Assembly: GCA_021297975.1 (NCBI GenBank)
Contig: JAJTHO010000024.1
Span: 2,391-26,390 of the forward strand
Length of the DNA: 24,000 nt
From: Alphaproteobacteria bacterium
GTDB lineage: Bacteria > Pseudomonadota > Alphaproteobacteria > JAJTHO01
Direction: 5' to 3'
A program made the position numbers and the translations under genes. A model generated the notes under the pieces. That model was not told the origin of the DNA. It searched no databases and was given only the letters and a program-made list of their open reading frames with translations. Positions 7,955 to 15,403 of the stretch are shown here, in pieces (within the stretch, counting starts at the first letter, position 1; every line of letters starts with the position of its first letter).

Positions 7955-8704
7955 TTATTCCTGTATTGTTTCAATCAGCTTATCGAGATTGTTTATATCA
8001 CTGTTATCGACACCCTTGGTTTTATTTTTTTCATTGTTTGCCGGGCTTGCGGGATATTTTTTATCTTTTTCCGAATTTTGTTTCTCCTTGTTTCGTTCTT
8101 CCCGCTCCTTTAAAGCTTTATCGAGCGCATTGCGGCTTTTTTGTGCGGAGCTTTCCGTATCTTTATTTCTTTTAGAATCTTTTTCCGAAAAAGGAGAAAT
8201 ATCCTTTTCTAAGTCTTTTGGAAGCAAATCCAGCAAAAGACCGCTGCTGACCTCAATAAGCGGCAAGGTGCGGGCTTTTTCAAGCCATTTTGGCGGCGCG
8301 GTATCTTTGTCATCAGCAGTTGCAAGGAACAATAAATACGACAAAGAAACAATAACTATACCACGCACCACGCCAAAACCAAAACCAAGGGTGCGATCGA
8401 GGCCGCCTAACGCGCCATCTTCAACGCGATCACTGATGCGGGACGTAATCAGTAAACAAATAGCGAGCACGCCTAAAAACACCGTACCAAAAGCAAGGAT
8501 GTGGGCAAAAGTCTCGCTATCCGTTGTTTTTAACCAGAAAGGGAAAGTTGGTTTGTGAGCATACATGCCGACAAAAAGTGCGGCCGCCCAGGAAAAAATA
8601 CTGAGAATTTCCTTAACAAGTCCGCGCAGTAAACCGATAAGTGCTGAAACACAAACGAGTGCGGCAACGGATACGTCTACGATATGTAATGAATAACCAT
8701 CCAT
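7955..8704 (-). CDS. cvpA: CvpA family membrane protein with a long charged C-terminal tail
   Basis: 249 aa. The N-terminal ~155 aa have four hydrophobic helices typical of CvpA (DVSVAALVCVSALIGLLRGLVKE...), and the gene sits directly upstream of purF as in the conserved cvpA-purF operon. The C-terminal ~90 aa are K/E/N/S-rich low complexity. Confidence 0.8.
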   Translation of the reverse strand: MDGYSLHIVDVSVAALVCVSALIGLLRGLVKEILSIFSWAAALFVGMYAHKPTFPFWLKTTDSETFAHILAFGTVFLGVLAICLLITSRISDRVEDGALGGLDRTLGFGFGVVRGIVIVSLSYLLFLATADDKDTAPPKWLEKARTLPLIEVSSGLLLDLLPKDLEKDISPFSEKDSKRNKDTESSAQKSRNALDKALKEREERNKEKQNSEKDKKYPASPANNEKNKTKGVDNSDINNLDKLIETIQE

Positions 8705-8722
8705 GAGCGCTTGTAACCGTCT

Positions 8723-9202
8723 ATGGATAACTTGACAAGGATTCCGGCAGCCCTTAGCCCATATAGTGTGGATAACAGTTATTTAGTGTTCAAAGCGCTG
8801 CATATTATTAGTTTTACCGCATGGCTGGCGGCGCTATTTTACTTGCCCAGGCTGTATGTTTATCATGCAGCAGTTAAAATCGGTTCAGAAACAGATATTT
8901 TACTGCAAACGATGGAACGACGCTTGCAGCGGGCAATTATGACGCCGGCGATGCTGGCAACATTTTTGTTTGGCGTGTTGATGGCGTTGGATAACACTGC
9001 GCTAATGCAGGGTGGCTGGTTTCATGCTAAACTAACGCTCGTGTTATTGATGGCTGGATTCCACGGTTATATTTGCAAAGTGCGGCGGGATTTTGTAGCT
9101 GGTTCAAACCAGCGGAGCGGACGTTTTTACCGCTGGATTAATGAAATACCTACTATATTGCTGATAGCCATAGTTTTGCTTGCAGTGTTAAAGCCGTTCT
9201 GA
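8723..9202 (+). CDS. hemJ: Protoporphyrinogen IX oxidase HemJ (UPF0093/CopD-like membrane protein)
   Basis: 159 aa. FKALHIISFTAWLAALFYLPRLYVYHA matches the HemJ signature, with 4 predicted TM helices. The start is uncertain: ATG 8723, or GTG 8768. Confidence 0.8.
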   Translation: MDNLTRIPAALSPYSVDNSYLVFKALHIISFTAWLAALFYLPRLYVYHAAVKIGSETDILLQTMERRLQRAIMTPAMLATFLFGVLMALDNTALMQGGWFHAKLTLVLLMAGFHGYICKVRRDFVAGSNQRSGRFYRWINEIPTILLIAIVLLAVLKPF

Positions 9203-9302
9203 TAATGCTTATCTAGCTGGACAGAATTGGCTTTAGCGTTCCCTACGCAGTGCCGCTAGCTTTCATAGAAATACACTCCCTCAACATATTAAAGAAACAC
9301 GT

Positions 9303-10607
9303 ATGCATCTCCAAGACCTGAAGAAGAAGACCATGGGCGAACTCTTACGCCATGCAGAAGAACTTGAAATTGAAAACCCGGCGGGGATGCGTAAGCAGGA
9401 ACTTACCTTTGCGGTATTAAAGCGTCTTGCAGAAAATGATGTGGCTATTTTTGGTCGCGGCGTTTTGGAAATGCTGAGTGATGGTTTTGGCTTTTTACGG
9501 TCTCCGGAATCAAATTATTTGCCGGGGCCTGATGATATTTATGTCGCACCGGCGCAGGTTAAACGCTTTGGCCTGCGCACCGGTGACACCTTAGAAGGAC
9601 AAATCCGCGCACCGAAAGACGGAGAGCGGTATTTTGCCTTGGAAAAACTCAACACCGTCAACTTTGATGAGCCAGAACGCACCCGCACGCGAGTGAGTTT
9701 TGACAATTTGACCGCGCTGTATCCGGATAGTCGGCTGATTATGGAGCTGGAGCAGAGTGCCGTTCAAGAACCGATAGCCGATGCGCGTAATGGCAAAGGA
9801 AAGCCGGTTCAGAAGGATTACACACAGCGTATTTTGGATGTTATTTGCCCGATTGGTAAGGGACAGCGGGCACTTATTGTCGCGCCGCCGCGCACGGGTA
9901 AGACCGTGATGCTGCAAAACATTGCCCACGCGATTACCTCTAACCACCCAGAATGCTTTTTAATGGTGCTGCTTATTGATGAGCGGCCAGAAGAAGTGAC
10001 GGATATGGCGCGCTCGGTAAAAGGTGAGGTGGTTAGTTCTACCTTTGACGAGCCAGCGCATCGCCATGTGCAGGTTACTGAAATGGTTCTCGAAAAAGCT
10101 AAGCGCCTGGTTGAGCATAAAAAAGATGTGGTTATTCTGCTTGATTCGATAACCCGGCTTGGGCGCGCGTATAACACAGTGGTGCCCTCATCAGGTAAGG
10201 TTTTGACCGGCGGTGTGGACGCTAATGCGTTGCAGCGTCCCAAACGTTTCTTTGGTGCGGCGCGTAATATAGAAGAAGGCGGCTCGTTAACCATTATCGC
10301 CACCGCGCTTATTGATACCGGCAGCCGGATGGATGAAGTTATCTTTGAAGAATTCAAGGGGACTGGTAACAGTGAGATTGTTCTTGATCGCAAACTCGCC
10401 GATCGCCGCACCTTCCCGTCACTGGACGTTACAAAATCGGGAACCCGTAAGGAAGAGTTGCTGGTGGATAAAGCGCGCCTTAGCAAAATGTGGGTCTTGC
10501 GCCGTGTGCTGATGCAGATGGGCCCTACAGAAGCTATGGATTTCTTGGTTGATAAGCTGCGCAATTCTAAAACAAACGATGATTTTTTTGATTCAATGAA
10601 TGCGTAA
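9303..10607 (+). CDS. rho: Transcription termination factor Rho
   Basis: 434 aa. N-terminal Rho_N ([13 protein letters not shown]), RNA-binding domain ([23 protein letters not shown]), Walker A APPRTGKT, and Q/R-loop regions. Confidence 0.97.
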   Translation: MHLQDLKKKTMGELLRHAEELEIENPAGMRKQELTFAVLKRLAENDVAIFGRGVLEMLSDGFGFLRSPESNYLPGPDDIYVAPAQVKRFGLRTGDTLEGQIRAPKDGERYFALEKLNTVNFDEPERTRTRVSFDNLTALYPDSRLIMELEQSAVQEPIADARNGKGKPVQKDYTQRILDVICPIGKGQRALIVAPPRTGKTVMLQNIAHAITSNHPECFLMVLLIDERPEEVTDMARSVKGEVVSSTFDEPAHRHVQVTEMVLEKAKRLVEHKKDVVILLDSITRLGRAYNTVVPSSGKVLTGGVDANALQRPKRFFGAARNIEEGGSLTIIATALIDTGSRMDEVIFEEFKGTGNSEIVLDRKLADRRTFPSLDVTKSGTRKEELLVDKARLSKMWVLRRVLMQMGPTEAMDFLVDKLRNSKTNDDFFDSMNA

Positions 10608-10654
10608 GTGAAACGGCGTTAACTCAGTTCAATCAATTGTTTGGACGGCGCCCT

Positions 10655-11113
10655 TTATAGGAACCAAGTCAGTGTGACGGCGGTTGAGGCATCACCCATC
10701 GCGCCGCTGTAGTAGTGTTGCCGTCTCCCGGTCTCGACAGCGCCCAATTGAGCGTAAAGACGTAGCGCGGCAGTATTGCTGAGCGCGGCTTCAAGATACA
10801 CGGTTGTTATACCTAAGGTGCGGCAGGCCGTTGCCGTTTGTTGCAACAACGAACGCGCCGCGCCCTGACCGCGCCGGTGCGGCAGCACAAGAATTTGCAA
10901 AATTTCTGCTGTGTCATTAGCCAACTGTTGGCAGAGACAATACCCCTGTATTGCTAATGTTTCACGTGAAACATCAAGCGTGGTAAGTGGTGAGGCTATT
11001 AACGTATAAAGATAGTCGGCATCCCAGGCTTTATTAAAATAAAGCGGCTGCAGTTGTTGAATGTGCTTTATAAAAAGATACGCATCATCCTTATTAAAAG
11101 ACGTCTTAGGCAT
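10655..11113 (-). CDS. rimI: GNAT acetyltransferase, probable ribosomal-protein-alanine N-acetyltransferase RimI
   Basis: Acetyl-CoA motif VLPHRRGQGAARSLL, and a position immediately downstream of tsaB (the conserved tsaB-rimI pair). The start is ambiguous: ATG 11113 is preferred, with 11128 or 11215 possible. Confidence 0.7.
   Translation of the reverse strand: MPKTSFNKDDAYLFIKHIQQLQPLYFNKAWDADYLYTLIASPLTTLDVSRETLAIQGYCLCQQLANDTAEILQILVLPHRRGQGAARSLLQQTATACRTLGITTVYLEAALSNTAALRLYAQLGAVETGRRQHYYSGAMGDASTAVTLTWFL
10958..10973. promoter_or_regulatory. parS: parS centromere-like ParB-binding site, perfect consensus TGTTTCACGTGAAACA
   Basis: Exact 16-bp palindrome, which extends to the 18-bp palindrome ATGTTTCACGTGAAACAT at 10957-10974. 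It lies inside rimI and is translated as VSRET. An identical copy sits at 19708-19723. Confidence 0.85.
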
Positions 11114-11534
11114 ATTTATCAGTGCCATACAGCGGATGTAGAGGAGCGTTGACTGAATCGACCACAGCATGAATATGCGTCCCCAGATGCCTAAAGAAAT
11201 CAGCGGGCGTGGCAAATTTTAGCGGATCGTCTCTGCTATTGGCAGCGCTATCTAAAAAAGAGACACCATAAAGCGCCACGCCGTCTAAGGACAAACCGCG
11301 GGCAAAAGCCAGAGAGCTGCGGATACCGGTGTAGGAGCCGCGTCCTAAGTGCACAACCGCACGCTCAATTTTTGGTAAATGCGGCCAGAGAGCTGTTACG
11401 GAGGTCATAAGCCATTCGCTGCTGCCGCGCTGTTGTTGCGTGATTATACAGAGAATAACCGTGTTATTATGAAGTACGGCAAAGCCTAAAGGGTCAACGG
11501 CAAGATTTAATACTAAAGTGTTTATATCACTCAT
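11106..11534 (-). CDS. tsaB: tRNA t6A biosynthesis protein TsaB (YeaZ), unusually short (142 aa)
   Basis: The N-terminal ASKHA-like half aligns with the TsaB pattern, including GRGSYTGIRSSLAFARGL (compare GPGSFTGLRIG). The C-terminal half seen in typical ~220-230 aa TsaB proteins is absent. Confidence 0.65.
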   Translation of the reverse strand: MSDINTLVLNLAVDPLGFAVLHNNTVILCIITQQQRGSSEWLMTSVTALWPHLPKIERAVVHLGRGSYTGIRSSLAFARGLSLDGVALYGVSFLDSAANSRDDPLKFATPADFFRHLGTHIHAVVDSVNAPLHPLYGTDKYA

Positions 11535-11541
11535 TAGTAGT

Positions 11542-12597
11542 CTATTGCATTTCAGGGCGGCTTACAAATGGAGCAGCCATCGATTTAACGGTCGTGACAA
11601 CGGAGGTATTATACTTTTGAGGCACGAAACCTAGTGTTGCCTCATCTAATTGTTCTAGTTGATTATGGCTTATCATCGAGCGCAGGTCAGCAATATAGGC
11701 GTCGCCGCGCTCAGAAAATGCCTGCAGACCACCCGCCAGAACAAACGCCGATTGCCTCATTCCCTTTTGCCGCTTCTCGGCGCGTAATGCACGCATACCC
11801 GCGTACGCCTTATGGGTATTCAATCCGTGCATATAGGCCGCAACCGAATCCGTGAGTGAATCAAAAGACCGATAACATTCGCTTCTATCCTGTGCACACG
11901 CAGGTGTTGCAATGCCGGGGCGACGATGTTTCCCGCTTTTCATGCCAAAAAGGGCATTGCCTTGGCGGGCAAAGCGTGAGACGCCCCATCCCCCTTCCAT
12001 GACCGCCTGGCCCACCACGAGTGCGGGCGGGAGAGTATCAACCCGTAGGAGCAATTCTTTGCGGTTGCCCGCTTTAACGCCATAACGTTTATATAGCGTG
12101 TTTAGCTGCATCAGATAGGGCGAGTCTGCAGCAATGGAAGCATCTTCAGGTGGTAACGATTCTAAAAACGCACGCTCACCTCCAATTTCGAAATTATAAA
12201 GCAATATTTTCGGCATCAGAATAGCAATAAACAAAGCTTTGCGCCGATTTGATGACATTTTTTTATTATAGTCATGCGGCAAGCGGTTTAGCACTAAGGG
12301 AAGAAAATGCTGTTCGGCGGTAGGTGGAAAAACCAATGGATGCTGTACCAGTTTGAAATAGTCATGGAGCGCTGCGGTAGAGGGTGGAAAAATTTCTAAA
12401 TGCGGGTATCCGCCATTAGAAACTGACCATTGGGTTTGAAAAATAGGTGGCGATACTGAGCTAGACGCCGACCGAGCCGCATCAGCTGCGAATAACGGTA
12501 AGGGAAAGAGTACAACAACAAGTGCAAAAACAATGAAATAGAGTAAGTAAAAGGGGGTACGCAACAAAGCAATCTGTGAGGGATGCGAGTGTATCAC
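11542..12597 (-). CDS. Bax-like / glucosaminidase-domain protein with N-terminal membrane anchor or signal peptide
   Basis: 351 aa with a GTG start. Hydrophobic N-terminus (FYLLYFIVFALVVVLFPLPLFAADA) and the motif QAVMEGGWGVSRFARQGNALFGMK, characteristic of mannosyl-glycoprotein endo-beta-N-acetylglucosaminidase/Bax domains. Confidence 0.65.
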   Translation of the reverse strand: MIHSHPSQIALLRTPFYLLYFIVFALVVVLFPLPLFAADAARSASSSVSPPIFQTQWSVSNGGYPHLEIFPPSTAALHDYFKLVQHPLVFPPTAEQHFLPLVLNRLPHDYNKKMSSNRRKALFIAILMPKILLYNFEIGGERAFLESLPPEDASIAADSPYLMQLNTLYKRYGVKAGNRKELLLRVDTLPPALVVGQAVMEGGWGVSRFARQGNALFGMKSGKHRRPGIATPACAQDRSECYRSFDSLTDSVAAYMHGLNTHKAYAGMRALRAEKRQKGMRQSAFVLAGGLQAFSERGDAYIADLRSMISHNQLEQLDEATLGFVPQKYNTSVVTTVKSMAAPFVSRPEMQ

Positions 12598-13151
12598 GCG
12601 GCACGCACTTCCAGTATTTCGGGTATGTAATGCTTCATCATGTTCTCAATACCATTTTTTAAGGTGGCTGTCGAGCTGGGACAGCCTGAGCAGGAACCGC
12701 GCAGCTCAAGATATAAAATGCCCTCTTCAAAACGGTCAAAAACAATGTCGCCGCCATCCTGCTCTACAGCGGGGCGCACTCGAGTATCAAGCAGTTCAAG
12801 AATTTGCGCGATAAGTGGATCTTGCGAGAGGAGCGCAGCATCAGTATCCGCCGCTGTCGCTATGATTTCCTCAACCGCAGGTAGCCCCGTCAGAAGAAAA
12901 TCACCAAGACAATGTAGTACGAGTGTTTTCAGATACTGCCAATCAGCATCAAGTGTTTTACTCACTGAAATAAAATCAGGCGCAATAAAGACGCGCTCCA
13001 CACCGTCAATGGCAAAAAGACGCTTTGCGAGTAGACTTTTTGCCGCTTTATCAATATTTTCATAGTCATAGCTGCGTGTTTGTGAAAGCGGTTGCTCCAG
13101 CAAAAATTTCAGCGTGCTGGGGTTCGGTGTGGTTTGAGTCTGGATAAGCAT
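12594..13151 (-). CDS. NifU/Nfu-type Fe-S cluster assembly protein (Nfu_N plus NifU C-terminal domain)
   Basis: 185 aa. TPNPSTLKF N-terminal Nfu motif and the C-terminal CSGCPSS redox CxxC motif with GIENMMKHYIPE. Confidence 0.85.
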   Translation of the reverse strand: MLIQTQTTPNPSTLKFLLEQPLSQTRSYDYENIDKAAKSLLAKRLFAIDGVERVFIAPDFISVSKTLDADWQYLKTLVLHCLGDFLLTGLPAVEEIIATAADTDAALLSQDPLIAQILELLDTRVRPAVEQDGGDIVFDRFEEGILYLELRGSCSGCPSSTATLKNGIENMMKHYIPEILEVRAA

Positions 13152-13305
13152 ACGATGTCCTAATTCCTACGCTCATAGTAGGTTTTTAGCGTCCAGAAAA
13201 CAAGATTATTCCTCTAAAAATCCAAATAATAGTAAGGGTGAGGCGCATAAGGCTTGCACTAGTACAAAAAAAGGCGTAATCAACGGCAGATTATTGAAAA
13301 ACCGC

Positions 13306-13734
13306 ATGACATCCCGACTAGAGCAAACCTGTGTGGAAAAAGGCCTAAAGCTTACTGGCCAGCGCAAGGTTATTGCTAAAGTTCTATCCGAGGCGGCCGA
13401 TCACCCAGACGTAAACCAAGTCTATCAACGGGCTGCTACTTTGGATCCGAAAATTAGCATTGCGACGGTGTACCGCACCGTGCGTCTCTTTGAAGAATAC
13501 GGCATCTTACAAAAACATGAGTTTGCCGTGGGAGGGAGTCATGGGCGCGCCCGCTATGAAGAAGCAGATACCGACCACCATGACCATTTGATTGATATTG
13601 AAACGGGTGAGGTGTATGAATTTCTTGATGAACCGCTTGAAAAATTAAAAACGGCAATCGCGGCGCGCATGGGATTTGAGCTGGTGGATCACCGGTTAGA
13701 ATTGTATGTCCGGCGTAAGAAAAATAAGGTCTAA
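13306..13734 (+). CDS. Fur-family transcriptional regulator, Irr-like (lacks the CxxC zinc motifs)
   Basis: Winged-helix segment LTGQRKVIAKVL...SIATVYRTVRLFEEYGIL and the His cluster DHHDHLIDIETGE, with no cysteines after it, as in alphaproteobacterial Irr. I prefer ATG 13306 over the TTG at 13294. Confidence 0.75.
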   Translation: MTSRLEQTCVEKGLKLTGQRKVIAKVLSEAADHPDVNQVYQRAATLDPKISIATVYRTVRLFEEYGILQKHEFAVGGSHGRARYEEADTDHHDHLIDIETGEVYEFLDEPLEKLKTAIAARMGFELVDHRLELYVRRKKNKV

Positions 13735-13741
13735 AGCCATT

Positions 13742-14620
13742 ATGGAACACTATCTCCCGCCTGTGCTTGCTGCTGTGGCTAAGCGATCGGCTCAACCGGC
13801 AAAGGCATTAAATGTGCGGCGTCAACTGGTGCAGGCCGATTTGGCCGCGATTCGTATTGGCGATTTAGCCGTAAGGCTGGCGGATGGACGCGATGATATA
13901 ACGGCGGCGCAAATGCTGCGGTATCGGGTTTTTTATGATGAAATGAACGCGCAGCCCACCCCGGAAATGGCGCGGCTGCAACGGGATTTCGATGCCTTAG
14001 ATGAAGTGTGCGACCATTTGCTGGTGGTGGATACCACGCGCGATACCGTCGTCGGCACTTACCGTTTAATAACCCGAGCGATTGCTATCGCGAACGGCGG
14101 GTTCTACACCGCTCATGAATATGACATTTCCTGTTTAGAAACCTATCCGGGTGAAGTGTTAGAGTTGGGACGCTCCTGCGTGGACGCAGAGTATCGCACT
14201 GGCTCTACGATGCAGCTTTTATGGCGCGCTATTGCAACGTATGTCACCGCTTATGGCATAGAGCTGATGTTTGGCTGCGCGAGCCTGCCGGGGGTTAATC
14301 CCGATCAACTCCGGCTCGGACTATCCTATCTGCATCACCATCATTTGGCAGAAGAAAATCAACGCCCGGTAGCGCTGCCGTCGCGCCGCCTTAACACACA
14401 TTTATTGCTCCCCGATCAGTATGACGCAAAAGAGGCGCTGATGAGTTTACCCCCACTTGTTAAAGGCTATTTACGTGTGGGCGGACGATTGGGCGATGGG
14501 GCGGTAGTGGACTGGCAATTCAACACCACTGATGTCTGTATGGTGGTGAAAACAGAGTCTGTTGCTGACAAATATTTGCGTCATTATCGGATTGGCGGCG
14601 TCGGTCTTAGCGATGCTTAA
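13742..14620 (+). CDS. olsB: Ornithine-acyl-ACP N-acyltransferase OlsB (GNAT-like, hemolysin-like family)
   Basis: AAQMLRYRVFYDEMNA...DFDALDEVCDHLLVVD...VVGTYRL...LELGRSCV...MFGCAS matches the OlsB family pattern, and an OlsA-like acyltransferase follows. I prefer ATG 13742 because the listed 13706 start overlaps the Fur-family gene. Confidence 0.8.
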   Translation: MEHYLPPVLAAVAKRSAQPAKALNVRRQLVQADLAAIRIGDLAVRLADGRDDITAAQMLRYRVFYDEMNAQPTPEMARLQRDFDALDEVCDHLLVVDTTRDTVVGTYRLITRAIAIANGGFYTAHEYDISCLETYPGEVLELGRSCVDAEYRTGSTMQLLWRAIATYVTAYGIELMFGCASLPGVNPDQLRLGLSYLHHHHLAEENQRPVALPSRRLNTHLLLPDQYDAKEALMSLPPLVKGYLRVGGRLGDGAVVDWQFNTTDVCMVVKTESVADKYLRHYRIGGVGLSDA

Positions 14621-15401
14621 TGCGGGGCGGCTAAAGGCCATCTGTCGATTAACGGCGCTTTTATTTGTAACGCTGCTTCTACTACCACTGCAGCTTGCTC
14701 TTTACAGCCTGCGCTTACCTCTACGCGGTAAAGTGCCGCGCCTATGGCATCGAATTGTCTGCCGTTTGGTAGGGCTGGAAATAAAAAAAATCGGCACGCC
14801 GCACAAAAGTCCGCCGACGCTGTTTGTGAGCAATCACTCATCGTACCTCGATATAAACGTGCTGGGTGCGTTGTTGAAGTGTTCATTCATTGCCAAGCAA
14901 GAGATTTCCGGCTGGCCGATTTTCGGCTTTTTGGCGCGGATGCAGAACACCGTTTTTATTGAGCGTAAAGCACAACATGCCGAGGCGCAGCGGGATTTAG
15001 TGGCGAGTCTCCTTGAAGAGCGGCGCAACTTGGTGCTGTTTCCCGAGGGGACATGTAACAATGGGCAAAAAATCCTGCCCTTTAAAAGCAGCCTTTTTGG
15101 CATTACAGAGGCCTATGCCGCCGATGCGCCGGTGATGATTCAACCGATTACGATCAGCTACACACGGCTGAATGGGATTCCTATAGGGCGAAGCCTGCGC
15201 CCCATGTTAACCTGGTTTGGTGATATGGAGTTGCTTAGCCATGCCTGGCAGCTGCTGCATCTTGGCCGTGTGACGGTTTTGGTGCAATTTCACCCGCCGC
15301 TTGCCTTGCATGATTATGCGTCCCGTAAACAGCTCAGCGCGGCCTGTGAACAGATTGTTGCCAATGGGCTGATAGCCAGCTATCAGAAGCGCTTGGTATA
15401 A
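14613..15401 (+). CDS. olsA: Lyso-ornithine lipid O-acyltransferase OlsA / PlsC-family 1-acylglycerol-3-phosphate acyltransferase
   Basis: HX4D motif in FVSNHSSYLDI and FPEGTCNNG motif III, plus an N-terminal TM helix. The start is ambiguous: ATG 14613 overlaps olsB by 8 nt, or TTG 14562. Confidence 0.7.
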   Translation: MLNAGRLKAICRLTALLFVTLLLLPLQLALYSLRLPLRGKVPRLWHRIVCRLVGLEIKKIGTPHKSPPTLFVSNHSSYLDINVLGALLKCSFIAKQEISGWPIFGFLARMQNTVFIERKAQHAEAQRDLVASLLEERRNLVLFPEGTCNNGQKILPFKSSLFGITEAYAADAPVMIQPITISYTRLNGIPIGRSLRPMLTWFGDMELLSHAWQLLHLGRVTVLVQFHPPLALHDYASRKQLSAACEQIVANGLIASYQKRLV

Positions 15402-15403
15402 TT

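Noticed and set aside
7991-8001. The 11-mer TTTATATCACT shared between the cvpA tail (7991-8001) and the 23120-23130 palindrome
   Set aside because: Dozens of 11-mer coincidences are expected by chance within 24 kb, and there is no extended similarity around the match.
7818-8558. 246-aa ORF on the + strand (also 7846..8175 and 7901..8113) that looks like a Ser/Phe/Leu-rich membrane protein
   Set aside because: It is entirely antisense to purF and cvpA. Its low-complexity S/F/L composition is the mirror image of the K/E-rich cvpA tail codons. It has no independent start context or family motif.
8705-8722. The cvpA/hemJ divergence as an alternative oriC, because of the nearby perfect DnaA box
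   Set aside because: Only 18 bp are non-coding and there is no AT-rich unwinding tract. The DUF299-hemE gap fits both the sequence features and the conserved context much better.
9818-10564. 248-aa ORF antisense to rho
   Set aside because: The rho frame carries unmistakable conserved motifs across this whole span. The antisense ORF is Ser/Arg-rich with no recognisable domain, which is typical of a shadow ORF.
13166-13187. CCTAC-N7-GTAGG followed by TTTTT, resembling a small intrinsic terminator
   Set aside because: The stem is only 5 bp, and it sits in a divergent promoter region where no upstream + strand gene needs terminating.
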